64,000 nt of DNA from an uncultured Spirochaetota bacterium (GTDB lineage: Bacteria; Spirochaetota; Brevinematia; Brevinematales; JAOACQ01): the NCBI GenBank assembly GCA_963783575.1, contig CAWAOD010000014.1, forward strand, positions 192,001-256,000, read 5' to 3'. Shown here piece by piece: positions 12,665-23,410 of the stretch. Under the pieces are notes generated by a model. That model worked only from the letters and a program-made list of their open reading frames with translations, ran no database searches and was not told the origin of the DNA. Position 1 is the stretch's first letter. Each line of letters opens with the position of its first letter. A program made the translations under genes and the position numbers.

Positions 12665-13297
12665 TTAAGATTTGTATTTCTTCGGATAGATATCCTGCAG
12701 GCCTTTCTCTTTGACCGACCGGATCAGCAGTTCAATAATCTTTTCACATTCTGCGGCAACATATTTTATAAAATGTTCTTCCTCTTTGAAAATACCCCTG
12801 CCGGAAATAAAGATCGTTACCTCGCCGTGAAGGAAGCAATGGACCGTATGGATGATATAATGCGCCTCATTCCTGTCTATCTGGTTTTTATATAAATCCC
12901 AGATGACATCCGTCAGGATATTCACTACACGGATCATTGCCGATAATGTTTTTTCCGGCCTTTTTCCATTCACCTGGTCAAACCAGATCAGGCGGAACCA
13001 GCCTTTATTATTAAGATAAAACTCAGTAAACCTTGTAAAAAGCCTTGATATTCTTTCCTGTTTACCGGAAATTTTATCAAGGTCAATCGTGACATAATCC
13101 AGCATTCTGGAAAGAGCCTCATCCATAGAAGCCCATAATACCGAGTTAAAACCCTCAAAATAATTGTAGATATTGGTATGGTGGCATTTCAAGATTCTGG
13201 CAATCTCCCTTAAATTAACATCCCTGGAACCGCCTTTTTTATTGATCAAATCAAGAGTTGTTTCAATAATCTGCCCGGACGTGATTTTATTATCCAT
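12665..13297 (-). CDS. TetR/AcrR family regulator
   Basis: HTH LREIARILKCHHTNIYNYF; ATG 13297 preceded by GGAG. Confidence 0.85.
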   Translation of the reverse strand: MDNKITSGQIIETTLDLINKKGGSRDVNLREIARILKCHHTNIYNYFEGFNSVLWASMDEALSRMLDYVTIDLDKISGKQERISRLFTRFTEFYLNNKGWFRLIWFDQVNGKRPEKTLSAMIRVVNILTDVIWDLYKNQIDRNEAHYIIHTVHCFLHGEVTIFISGRGIFKEEEHFIKYVAAECEKIIELLIRSVKEKGLQDIYPKKYKS

Positions 13298-13310
13298 ATA
13301 TCTCCACTTT

Positions 13311-13366
13311 ATAACCATCGGTTATAACCAGTGGTTATTATAAAATATTCATTATGTTTTTGTCAA
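13311..13366 (-). promoter_or_regulatory. Sigma70-type promoter with tandem palindromic operators
   Basis: Minus-strand TTGACA (13366-13361), 18 nt, TATAAT (13342-13337); ataaccatcggttat (13311-13325) and ataaccagtggttat (13324-13338). Confidence 0.7.
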
Positions 13367-13487
13367 TATATTCTTCAAGTTATTTAATTTTAGGTTTGAA
13401 CTTTCAAAGCATATTAACACACTATTTTGATTTATCCGAATATTTTAATTATAATAAATGCTTAAACATTTTGTGAGGTGTATCGAT

Positions 13488-16259
13488 ATGGAATACAGCC
13501 AGACTGTAAATCTTCCGAAAACTAATTTCTCGATGAAAGCCGGGCTTGTGCAAAAAGAGCCGGAATATCTTAAAAAATGGGAAGATATGGGGATTTACAA
13601 GAAACAGCTTGAGAAAAGAAAAAATTCACTGTCATTCATACTGCATGACGGTCCGCCGTATGCAAACGGCGAAATACATCTGGGTACAGCTTTAAATAAG
13701 ATCTTAAAGGACATAATCAACAAATATAAATTCTTCAGGGGATTCAAAACGCCATATGTTCCCGGATGGGATTGTCATGGGCTCCCTATCGAATTAAAAG
13801 TTGTGGAGAAACTAGGCGAAAAGGCAAATACAATCCCGCCGGTTGTTCTAAGGAACGAATGCAGGAAATACGCGGCGAAATTTGTTAAAATCCAGATGGA
13901 TAGTTTTAAAAGGATCGGGGTTTTCGGCGACTGGGATAATCCTTACCTTACTATGTCCGAAGAATACGAGGCCGCGATAATAGAGACTTTCGGGAAACTT
14001 GTTGACAGAGGTTATATTTACAGGGGTATGAGGCCTGTTCACTGGTGTATAAACTGTAAAACATCACTGGCTGAAGCCGAGATAGAATACCATGACCATA
14101 CTTCACCTTCAATTTTTGTTAAATTCCCGGTGGTCAAACACAATGTTGATAAATTACAGGGGAAGAAAGTTTTTGTCCTGATCTGGACGACAACACCCTG
14201 GACGCTTCCGGCAAATACAGGATTGTCTTTTCATCCTGAGGAAGCATATACTTCAGTTAAAATTGGGGATGAATACCTCATAATGGCTGAAAAACTTAAA
14301 AATAATGTTCTCGGTATAAAAGGTTTAAAATCAGGAGATGAAATCCCCTTAAGTAAAAAAGATTTAGAAACATTTACTGTAAACCATTGCTGGATCAACC
14401 GTGAATCTAAAATCGTATTCGGTATGCATGTAACAATGGATACAGGTACTGGCATTGTTCATACTGCTCCAGGGCATGGTATGGAAGATTACCAGGTAGG
14501 GATCGAGTATAAATTGCCTCAAATTTCACCGGTTGATGACGAAGGCAGGTTTACAAAAGAGGTTCCTGAATTCGAAGGTGTAAACGTCTTTGAAGCCAAT
14601 GAGAAAATTATAAAATTTCTTGAAGAAAAGGGCAGGCTGTATTTCAGGCAGAATATAACCCATAGCTATCCGCATTGCTGGCGATGCAAAAACCCGATAA
14701 TTTTCAGGTCAAAACCGCAGTGGTTCTTCAGGGTTTCGGACAGCAAACTGTCGAAAATCGCGCTGGATGAGCTTTCAAAGATTCGCTGGATACCGGAATG
14801 GGGCGAAATCCGTATAAAAAATATGCTGGAAGGCAGGCCCGACTGGTGCCTTTCCCGGCAGAGGTCCTGGGGTGTCCCCATACCGGCATTTTACTGTGAA
14901 AAGTGCGGAGAAGCTATATATAATAAAGAAATTATAAATCATATCTTCGAATTGGTGAAAAAAGAAGGAATAGACATATGGTACAAAAAAGAAGCAAAAG
15001 AACTGGTACCTAATGGTACAAAATGCCCTAATTGCGGTGGAACTGAGTTTAAAAAGGAAACTGATATCCTGGATGTATGGTTTGATTCCGGAGTAAGCAA
15101 TATAGCTGTACTGGATAAAAGGGAGGACCTACATAGCCCGGCTGACGTATATCTTGAGGGGAACGATCAGTACAGGGGATGGTTCCAGCACTCGTTATGG
15201 CCGTCTATTGCCATTAAAGAAGCCGCTCCTTATAAAACAGTAATAACACATGGATGGATGCTGGATGAACAGGGAAGGCAGATGCATAAAAGCCTTGGGA
15301 ACACCATATCTCCTAAAGAAATATACGACAAATTCGGGGCCGATGTGCTTCGCTTATGGGTTGTTACAGAGGATTACAGGGGGGATTTAAGAATCGGCGA
15401 GAATCTGATAAATAAAAGCGCCGAAAGCTATCGTAAAATAAGGAATACTTTCAAGTATCTTTTGGGCAATCTTGATGGATTTAAATCTGAAAGCATGGTA
15501 GATTATAACGATTTGTTCAGTATTGATAAATATGCCCTGTCCATTCTTTACCGCTTATGCGGCAATGTCGAAAAATTTAATGATGATTATGAATTCTACA
15601 AGGGATTCAGGGAAATCTATAATTTCTGCGCAGTTGATATGAGCTCATTTTATATGGATATTTTGAAAGACAGGCTTTATATTTATCCAAAAGATTCTAT
15701 AGAAAGGCAGTCAGCCCGGACGGCAATGTTTTATATTCTAAAATATCTGATGATAATGCTGGCACCTATATTGCCGTTTACAATGGAAGAGGTTTACCTG
15801 AATTTCTTTACTAACAGCACCGGAGAAAGTGTTCACCTTCAGGATTGGCTTGAACCGGAAGAAGAATGGCGGAATGATTCTATCTATAAGGAATTCACGG
15901 ATCTGATAAAAATCAGGGATGTTGTTTTGAAAGCAGTTGAGGTATTAAGGAACAATAAATCGGAAGAAGAACCCATCGGAAGTTCTCTCCAGGCAAGGGT
16001 TGTTGTTCAGCCTTTAAATAATTATCATAAAGATATTTTAATAAAATATCAAAAGGAACTGAGATATTTATTTATAGTTTCGGATGTTGAAATCTCAGAG
16101 AAATTAGAGTCCATAACAGCCCAGGATGATAATACTGCCGTCTATTCAGAAAAAGCCAGGGGGAATAAATGCGCCCGGTGCTGGAATTATTCGGAAAAAG
16201 TCGGCAGTTTTCCCGTACATTCGGATTTATGTGAGAGATGTATTAAGATTGTCAGTTAA
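13488..16259 (+). CDS. ileS: Isoleucine--tRNA ligase (bacterial type 1)
   Basis: HDGPPYANG, GWDCHGLP, WTTTPWT, DWCLSRQR, QMHKS, C-terminal Zn finger; ATG 13488 after GAGGTG. Confidence 0.97.
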   Translation: MEYSQTVNLPKTNFSMKAGLVQKEPEYLKKWEDMGIYKKQLEKRKNSLSFILHDGPPYANGEIHLGTALNKILKDIINKYKFFRGFKTPYVPGWDCHGLPIELKVVEKLGEKANTIPPVVLRNECRKYAAKFVKIQMDSFKRIGVFGDWDNPYLTMSEEYEAAIIETFGKLVDRGYIYRGMRPVHWCINCKTSLAEAEIEYHDHTSPSIFVKFPVVKHNVDKLQGKKVFVLIWTTTPWTLPANTGLSFHPEEAYTSVKIGDEYLIMAEKLKNNVLGIKGLKSGDEIPLSKKDLETFTVNHCWINRESKIVFGMHVTMDTGTGIVHTAPGHGMEDYQVGIEYKLPQISPVDDEGRFTKEVPEFEGVNVFEANEKIIKFLEEKGRLYFRQNITHSYPHCWRCKNPIIFRSKPQWFFRVSDSKLSKIALDELSKIRWIPEWGEIRIKNMLEGRPDWCLSRQRSWGVPIPAFYCEKCGEAIYNKEIINHIFELVKKEGIDIWYKKEAKELVPNGTKCPNCGGTEFKKETDILDVWFDSGVSNIAVLDKREDLHSPADVYLEGNDQYRGWFQHSLWPSIAIKEAAPYKTVITHGWMLDEQGRQMHKSLGNTISPKEIYDKFGADVLRLWVVTEDYRGDLRIGENLINKSAESYRKIRNTFKYLLGNLDGFKSESMVDYNDLFSIDKYALSILYRLCGNVEKFNDDYEFYKGFREIYNFCAVDMSSFYMDILKDRLYIYPKDSIERQSARTAMFYILKYLMIMLAPILPFTMEEVYLNFFTNSTGESVHLQDWLEPEEEWRNDSIYKEFTDLIKIRDVVLKAVEVLRNNKSEEEPIGSSLQARVVVQPLNNYHKDILIKYQKELRYLFIVSDVEISEKLESITAQDDNTAVYSEKARGNKCARCWNYSEKVGSFPVHSDLCERCIKIVS

Positions 16260-16318
16260 CAGGCTTGATTATAATAATCAACTTTTGAATTACCATAAAT
16301 TGAAATCATTTAAGGCAA

Positions 16319-16783
16319 TCATGTTATTAACTGTGCCTTTGTTAAATAAAATGGAACATCTTCTTTAGAGAATTCTTTAAAATTATCATCCAGCCAGTTT
16401 AATTTGATATTTAGTTTTTTAGATGTTTCAATATCTCTTATTATAAAGTAAATACGGCCGTTTTGATCCTGTGTTACAAGAAGATAATTATCCGGATGAA
16501 GACGATGCAACTGCAAACTCATCACATCAAAAAACCTGGTATTGACAAATTTAAAATAACCTGTATCTCTGTTATCATAAGGAATTTTAAGGTTATTATC
16601 GTGGATAATCGAATTAATAAAATCCCTTAACTGAATTTCTATTGTCCTTTTATTGCTTTTTGACGGATAGAAAAATCTTGTCCTTATTCTGCCATATTTT
16701 TTCTGCTCGTTTTTAACTTTTCTTATTACGGATCTCATTAAAAATTTTCCGGTTTCCGATAATTCCAGATCATCTATTTTCAT
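16319..16783 (-). CDS. Hypothetical protein
   Basis: 154-aa ORF with GGGAG RBS. Confidence 0.55.
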   Translation of the reverse strand: MKIDDLELSETGKFLMRSVIRKVKNEQKKYGRIRTRFFYPSKSNKRTIEIQLRDFINSIIHDNNLKIPYDNRDTGYFKFVNTRFFDVMSLQLHRLHPDNYLLVTQDQNGRIYFIIRDIETSKKLNIKLNWLDDNFKEFSKEDVPFYLTKAQLIT

Positions 16784-17041
16784 AAAACAACTCCCGATTT
16801 TTAGAATAAAAATTTTTATAACATAATGAAATGATAAAAATAAAATATTTGATCATCATAAAAATAAAACTTATACTAAATTGTATTGCATATTTTACAA
16901 GGAAAGTATAGTATTATATATAAAGAAATATTGTTCCAATAATTGTAATTTTGCATTATTAAATATATTTGGATTAACTGAAATTTGATAGTATATTATA
17001 ACAGTTAATTAATTAAATTTTCAATAATTATGGAGACTAAT

Positions 17042-18151
17042 ATGAAATATAAAATTCTATTTTATGGGTTTACCATATTTTTATGTTTAATTTTAGCTTC
17101 CTGTGGAGTTAATGTATTTTCTGCATTCAATCCTACAGATGTAAATTCTGAAAATAATGTTAATTCACTTGTAGGTATGGGAGATGATTATCTAAGAAAT
17201 CTCGATTATGATAATGCGTATAAGGCATATTCTAAGGCTTTGAAGCTTGACCCCAGAAATTCAAGAGCGATTGAGGGAGTCTGTACTTCATATTTATACT
17301 TAAAAATTCCTGTTGCAGATATGATCGGTTCGATTATATCATCATCTTATTCAAATATTAACAAAAACGATTTATATGATGCCAGTACTTTTTTAGCTGA
17401 CAATCTTTATAAAATTGTCAATAATGAAGCGGATGGTATAATTCCTTACAATGATGTAAATGTTAATTTTGACTTTTTTATCTTCAATACTTTATACGGT
17501 ATATGTTATCTGGTGGATTCGGATAATAATAATAATATACAGAATGACAACGGTGATATTATGAACATTGGAAATAATTTCATTCCGGTTATAAATCCCA
17601 TAGTTACTAATACGCTGGATAAAGCAACTAATACAAGCACACCGAATCCCCTTCTTTTTCCGAAATTTATGAGATTAATTTCTCCCATTAAGCCAAGATA
17701 CAATTATTTTACCAATAATATGCAAAAATCCTATTATAGTCTCAGCATCATACAGAATGTATTAAAGTCAGACCAGGCAAAACAACAACTGGAATCAATA
17801 AAAGAATCCTTAAATACAAGTATTACTCAATTGGGTGATTTAATTCAAAAGATGAATAATCCAGATACCAATACAAATAGTACATTAACAAATCTTCTAT
17901 CTTTTACCAATATTTTTGATGTAACAAATATGATATCAAATTATCAGGATCAATCATCTAATTATATTACCAATGATGCTGTAGTCACTAATATTCTTGT
18001 ACAGGCCGGATATCCACAAACACCGGCCGGTTATACTCAATTTACTAATGATATGAGTGCTTCCGGAGTCACAAATTTACAGGATTTGACAAATTTATCA
18101 CCGGGATTTTCAAACATTGATACCTTGGCATCTAATGTATATAATTTATAA
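17042..18151 (+). CDS. Lipoprotein with N-terminal TPR and Asn/Thr-rich C-terminus
   Basis: GGAG RBS; LASC lipobox; TPR GDDY..YDNAYKAYSKALKLDPRN. Confidence 0.7.
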   Translation: MKYKILFYGFTIFLCLILASCGVNVFSAFNPTDVNSENNVNSLVGMGDDYLRNLDYDNAYKAYSKALKLDPRNSRAIEGVCTSYLYLKIPVADMIGSIISSSYSNINKNDLYDASTFLADNLYKIVNNEADGIIPYNDVNVNFDFFIFNTLYGICYLVDSDNNNNIQNDNGDIMNIGNNFIPVINPIVTNTLDKATNTSTPNPLLFPKFMRLISPIKPRYNYFTNNMQKSYYSLSIIQNVLKSDQAKQQLESIKESLNTSITQLGDLIQKMNNPDTNTNSTLTNLLSFTNIFDVTNMISNYQDQSSNYITNDAVVTNILVQAGYPQTPAGYTQFTNDMSASGVTNLQDLTNLSPGFSNIDTLASNVYNL

Positions 18152-18177
18152 AATGTTTTTCATCAACGGAGTTTAAA

Positions 18178-19341
18178 ATGTTCTTGAAAGTAGAATTAAT
18201 AGTATTTATATGCTTTTTGATTCCATTTATAAGCTTTGCTTCATCTGAAGAAAGGAAAATAACGTATCCGGTCGATATCATGGCTACCGGTGGTGCTGGG
18301 ATAACAAGTTATGATAAATTCGGAATGATTTATATGAATCCGGCGGCTTTCGCACTTCCGGAGAATGCAAAAATATCGATTTTAAATTTAGGCGCTTCAT
18401 TGAATTATGATCTTTATAATTACTATTTATTATATAACAATCTTCAAGCTAATAATTTTGACCTTTCAAAGCTTCCATCACCGCTTTTAAAAGCGCTCTT
18501 GAATTTAAGCGCCAATGTCGGTGTCAGCGGGCCTCTTGCGGTGGGCTATATCTGGCAGGGGCTTGGTTTTTATATTTATGATAATTTTTTAACATCAGCA
18601 ATTGTACAACAGGGTCCGGGACTTCCTTATGTCAATTTCGGAAGTTATTTTGATTTAGGATTATTGATGGGATTTGGCTTTAAAATCCCGACCCCGGAAT
18701 TTTTAGATAGATTTACAACATTATACGCGGGTATTACAATTAAATATATTAACCGTTTAAAATATGAAAATCCAAGGATGAGTTTATTGGAAGCTTTTGA
18801 TACTTTTCAGGGAATATTGAATTTTAAAAATGGTTTTGAGTGGGGACAGGCGATCGGTTCAGACCTTGGCTTTTTAATGAAAGGAGACAATTGGGGTGCG
18901 GGTTTTGTCATCCGCGATTGGTTCACAACACAGTTTTCCTGGACAGAATATGATTATCATTTTAATCCTGTTCCTGCAGTAAATGGAGAAAGTATCCCTC
19001 CGACATATTATTATCCATCTTTTGATATAGGTTGCAGTTATACTTTGCAAAATCTCTTAAATTTCTATACTTTCAAAGGACCGACATTCTATTTTGATTT
19101 AGTTAATATTTTTGATTTTACAGAAAATTATTTTTTAAAAACACGGATTGGAGCCGAAGTCTCAGTGTTTACTATCCTTAAATTAAGAGCCGGTTTATAT
19201 AAAGGTTATCCGACCGCCGGTTTTGGAATAGTAATGCCTTTTATTACTATTAATGCAGCATATTTTACAGAGGAATTAGGCGCTTTTCCAGGGAGCGAAC
19301 CTCAACAGAACTATGTCATTGAATTTCATTTTATAATATAA
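18178..19341 (+). CDS. Putative outer-membrane beta-barrel protein (FadL/TraF-like)
   Basis: Signal peptide, MATGGAG..YMNPAA motif, amphipathic aromatic strands, LRAGLYKGY. Confidence 0.6.
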   Translation: MFLKVELIVFICFLIPFISFASSEERKITYPVDIMATGGAGITSYDKFGMIYMNPAAFALPENAKISILNLGASLNYDLYNYYLLYNNLQANNFDLSKLPSPLLKALLNLSANVGVSGPLAVGYIWQGLGFYIYDNFLTSAIVQQGPGLPYVNFGSYFDLGLLMGFGFKIPTPEFLDRFTTLYAGITIKYINRLKYENPRMSLLEAFDTFQGILNFKNGFEWGQAIGSDLGFLMKGDNWGAGFVIRDWFTTQFSWTEYDYHFNPVPAVNGESIPPTYYYPSFDIGCSYTLQNLLNFYTFKGPTFYFDLVNIFDFTENYFLKTRIGAEVSVFTILKLRAGLYKGYPTAGFGIVMPFITINAAYFTEELGAFPGSEPQQNYVIEFHFII

Positions 19342-19346
19342 TAAAT

Positions 19347-20726
19347 TTACTTAAGCGGAATTTTTTCAATCCTGTCTATTTTTGTAATAAGCCAGTATCC
19401 ATGTTTTTTTATCAGAAATAACTTATCATTTTCATTAAACCCATGATAATCTAACTCTATTTTTTTATTTTCACCAAAAACCGGTTCCCATTTTTGATAA
19501 TAGACGGAATATATTGCGTTGGAAGAATTTTCTATTTCATTTGAAATAATTAGGTCGGTAATTCCATAAATATAAAGTGGGGGCATTAGTTTATTTTTAC
19601 CATCGGCAGCCCATTTCTCAGCGGAAAAATAGTTTTTTTCACCGTAAGCAGCGCTTTGTTTTGTTATGACATATAATGTCGAGACTTCATCGATTTCTTT
19701 TTTCCCGGCATTGTTTATAACACAATCCTGCATTGCCGGACTGTCAAGATTATTCATGCTTTCATAAAATAATTCAACCACCTTGCTTGATATAAATCCT
19801 TTTGTGATTCTTATGTTAAAAATTATTTTTTTAAAAGAAAATACCAATAAGATTACAACCGCTAATACTATTGATATAATTATGATATTTAATCTGTTTT
19901 TTTCTAAAAAAACGCTTCTGCCATAAATATGGTCCAATCTTTTCCTATATTTCCCCTGCAGTTTCATCAGATCTTTTTCTTCAACATTATCAATCTTCCT
20001 GATTACACCTTCTTTTATATAATTGCCGATAATTTCAAACCATTCAGATATGGAAACCGATGTCCATTTTTTTTCCATAAAAAAAAATAACAGATTGTCC
20101 GAAATTTCATTGTTAAGATAAAAATTGTTTAAAACCGGTTGTAAAACATTACCGATTCTGATTTTTTTATTCAACTCTTCTTCCGTTTTTCCGGAAAAAG
20201 GAAATTCTCCCGAAAGTATGCGGTATAATATTACTCCTATACTGTATGAGTTTTGAATCCGGTCTTCGGTGATATACGGATGATTTACGATAAAATAATT
20301 TCCGATTTTATATTCTTCATCTAAAGATTCTCTCAATAATTCCATAACTTTGTAAGGCAAAAACAGTATGGAGCCGTCTTTAAGGAAGTATATTGCATCA
20401 AGCTGAATCGGTATTGCGACGCCTCTCTTATTTTCAAGTTCATTAAGAGCCGAGACAAGCCTGTAAATATAATTAAGCCCTTCTTCAGAATTAAGGCTGA
20501 TAACTTCTGATAAAGAGGTACCTTCAAAATGAGGACCATAAAGATAGAGATTTTCTTTATGCAGAATTCCTGTGAAACGCCATTCTTCGATAGAATCGTC
20601 TTTCAGGATATAACCCGGATATTTTTTTAATTCGAGTAAATTCCTGAATGATGCATCGTCAGCATTAAAATTGAGATTAAATCCGCAATAAAGATTTTTG
20701 TCTTCTTTAATTTCAACAGGTTGCAT
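19347..20726 (-). CDS. Membrane-anchored kinase-like (pseudokinase) protein
   Basis: YSIGVILYRILSGEFPF resembles kinase subdomain IX; single TM helix; no HRD or DFG. Confidence 0.5.
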   Translation of the reverse strand: MQPVEIKEDKNLYCGFNLNFNADDASFRNLLELKKYPGYILKDDSIEEWRFTGILHKENLYLYGPHFEGTSLSEVISLNSEEGLNYIYRLVSALNELENKRGVAIPIQLDAIYFLKDGSILFLPYKVMELLRESLDEEYKIGNYFIVNHPYITEDRIQNSYSIGVILYRILSGEFPFSGKTEEELNKKIRIGNVLQPVLNNFYLNNEISDNLLFFFMEKKWTSVSISEWFEIIGNYIKEGVIRKIDNVEEKDLMKLQGKYRKRLDHIYGRSVFLEKNRLNIIIISIVLAVVILLVFSFKKIIFNIRITKGFISSKVVELFYESMNNLDSPAMQDCVINNAGKKEIDEVSTLYVITKQSAAYGEKNYFSAEKWAADGKNKLMPPLYIYGITDLIISNEIENSSNAIYSVYYQKWEPVFGENKKIELDYHGFNENDKLFLIKKHGYWLITKIDRIEKIPLK

Positions 20727-20877
20727 AAATACCTTCTTAACTTATCATTATAAATTATGTTAATATTATTTTAGTAAGATTGAATCGTTTAAGTCAAGGA
20801 AATATTGAATAAAAACTCATTTATCCTTAAAATTATATTAATTTATTCTATTAGCAAATAATATATCAGGAGAAAAT

Positions 20878-22605
20878 TTGATGCTATATTCAAAAATGCT
20901 TATTCCGACACTTCGGGAAACTCCAAAAGATGCGGAGATCAATTCGCACATCCTTATGCTGCGAGCTGGATTTTTAAGGAAAATGGGGGCCGGCCTATAT
21001 ACATTTCTGCCTCTTGGTTTGAAAGTTATATTAAAAATAATCAGTATTGTCCGTGAGGAACTGAACCTTGCCGGCGCACAGGAATTGATGCAGCCTGTAC
21101 TTATTCCTAGTGAACTGTGGAAGGAAAGCGGGCGTTATGATGTATATGGAAAAGAAATGGCAAGGGTTATTGACAGGCATGATAATGAACTTGTAATAAG
21201 TCCAACAGCGGAAGAGGCATTTACAGCAATAGTCAGGGAGAATGTTCATTCTTACAGAGATTTGCCTCTTAATCTTTATCAGATCAATACAAAATTTCGT
21301 GATGAAATCAGACCGAGGTTCGGTATTATGCGATGCCGGGAATTTATTATGATGGATGCTTACTCATTCGATATTAATAATGCCGGTCTGGATAAAAATT
21401 ATGAGGCTATGAGGAGCGCTTACAGAAGGATATTTAAACGTTGCGGTCTGGATGTTGTACCGGTCCTCGCGGACGCAGGAGCTATGGGCGGATCGGTATC
21501 CGAGGAATTTATGGTTCCTTCAAAAATTGGCGAGGGAGAGATTGTAAAATGTCCTTCATGCGGTTATGTTGCAAATGTTGAAAGAGCGACTGCTTTTTAT
21601 GATTATAAAAAAGTTGGTGTTGAATTTAAGAGTATCAAAGAAATTGCAACACCAAACATAAAAACAATAGAGGAATTAACTTCATATTTTAATACTACAC
21701 CGGATAAATTTCTGAAATCAATAATTTACAAAGCCGATGGTAAACCAGTTATGGCTGTTATTAGAGGAGATTTAACAATAAATGAGACAAAATTGAAGAA
21801 TGCTTTAAAATGCAATGAGCTTGAATTGGCCGATGAAAATACAATTTATAAAGTTACCGGTGCTCCGGTTGGTTTTGCTTCACCTGTCGGACTTAAGGAT
21901 ATTTTTGTTATAGCTGATGTAAGCGTATCGTTTATTGAAAATGGGATTACAGGGGCCAATAAAAAGGATTTCCATATTGAAAATGTGAATATTAACCGCG
22001 ATTTTAAAGCAGATATAATAACAGACATCCGTAATGTAATTAGTGGAGATTTTTGCCCGGATTGTAAGAAAAGCCTTCTTGAAGTTTTCAGGGGAATCGA
22101 AGTAGGGCATGTTTTCAAACTCGAATATAAATACACCAAATCGATGGATGTAAAAATACTGGATCAGGATGGAAAGGAATTTTATCCGATTATGGGAACT
22201 TATGGTATCGGTGTTGGAAGGACAATGGCAAGTGTTATCGAGCAAAATCACGATTCGAACGGGATAATCTGGCCTCTCAGTATTGCGCCTTTCCAGATTC
22301 TCGTAGTTCCGGTAAACATTCAGGATGTTGAAATTATGGAAACAGCCCAAGATTTATATAATGAATTGAAAAAAGTTTATGAGGTATTAATTGATGACCG
22401 GGATGAAAGACCGGGAGTAAAATTCAAAGATGCTGATTTGATAGGAATACCTATACGTATTACAGTTGGAAAAAGTTTAAAAGAAGAGGGAAAGATCGAA
22501 ATTAAAGAAAGAAATAAAACAGATAAGGAATTAGTGGATTTGAAAAATATTTATCAAAGGATCAGGGAGATTTATGAAAATAAAATGGCGGATTTTATTA
22601 TTTAG
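20878..22605 (+). CDS. proS: Proline--tRNA ligase with INS editing domain
   Basis: KFRDEIRPRFG, GIEVGHVF, MGTYGIGVGR. Confidence 0.97.
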   Translation: MMLYSKMLIPTLRETPKDAEINSHILMLRAGFLRKMGAGLYTFLPLGLKVILKIISIVREELNLAGAQELMQPVLIPSELWKESGRYDVYGKEMARVIDRHDNELVISPTAEEAFTAIVRENVHSYRDLPLNLYQINTKFRDEIRPRFGIMRCREFIMMDAYSFDINNAGLDKNYEAMRSAYRRIFKRCGLDVVPVLADAGAMGGSVSEEFMVPSKIGEGEIVKCPSCGYVANVERATAFYDYKKVGVEFKSIKEIATPNIKTIEELTSYFNTTPDKFLKSIIYKADGKPVMAVIRGDLTINETKLKNALKCNELELADENTIYKVTGAPVGFASPVGLKDIFVIADVSVSFIENGITGANKKDFHIENVNINRDFKADIITDIRNVISGDFCPDCKKSLLEVFRGIEVGHVFKLEYKYTKSMDVKILDQDGKEFYPIMGTYGIGVGRTMASVIEQNHDSNGIIWPLSIAPFQILVVPVNIQDVEIMETAQDLYNELKKVYEVLIDDRDERPGVKFKDADLIGIPIRITVGKSLKEEGKIEIKERNKTDKELVDLKNIYQRIREIYENKMADFII

Positions 22606-23401
22606 TCTTGGAATTCTCATCATTCTTACATCCTGCGGTGTTGTGAAGAAAGCAATAATTCCAAGGTACAGATTTGAGATCGGTAAAACTTTGTATTATA
22701 AGCTGAAAAGTAATGCCGACTTTTCTGTTGATGCGGGATTTGTTAAGTATAACGGAAAAATTATTATAACAGCAGATGTTGAGTTGACTGCTTTAGGAAC
22801 GAATGAAAACGGATATAAAATTCGTATGGATATAAAAAACCCGGAAATAAAAGGGGCTAACAATCAGATTTCCGCCGCTTTTTATATAGGTTTAAATGCT
22901 ATCCGAAATTGGTATGCTGAATTTTATTTAACGGATAAAGGTAGAACAATCGTTATGATGCAGAGCACGCCTGTCCTTGCTTTAAGCTCATATTCAAGTC
23001 TTGTTTTTCCTGATTTTACAGATTTCGACGCAATCCTGAAGGGACAAACCGATAAAACAAATTTCTATGCAAAACTACAGGATCAGGAACTTACGGTTGT
23101 TTTCGACAGATTCTGCGGAGTAAATAAATCTGATAAAGAAAATCTTTGGATAGATAATCAGATAAAATTTACTTCCTATGCTAAAGATGAATTCTTGAAG
23201 ACTGTTGAACCTTTACCGATAGGATATATAAATTTTAATATGAGTGACGTTTTCAATTATATAAGAGGAAAACTAAATCAAAAAACCGGAAACTTTAATG
23301 TAAGTTATAATCTGCCAATTAAACAGGGTTTTTTGACTTATTCAATTAATGTTATAGGAAATGGTGACATTGAATTGAAGTTAACCGATTTGACTAATTA
23401 A
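22574..23401 (+). CDS. Hypothetical lipoprotein
   Basis: LTSC lipobox; overlaps the proS end. Confidence 0.6.
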   Translation: MKIKWRILLFSLGILIILTSCGVVKKAIIPRYRFEIGKTLYYKLKSNADFSVDAGFVKYNGKIIITADVELTALGTNENGYKIRMDIKNPEIKGANNQISAAFYIGLNAIRNWYAEFYLTDKGRTIVMMQSTPVLALSSYSSLVFPDFTDFDAILKGQTDKTNFYAKLQDQELTVVFDRFCGVNKSDKENLWIDNQIKFTSYAKDEFLKTVEPLPIGYINFNMSDVFNYIRGKLNQKTGNFNVSYNLPIKQGFLTYSINVIGNGDIELKLTDLTN

Positions 23402-23410
23402 GGAGTTTAT

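Noticed and set aside
13370..13487. T-box leader for ileS (also checked for proS)
   Set aside because: Leaders are short and AT-rich with no T-box sequence or terminator
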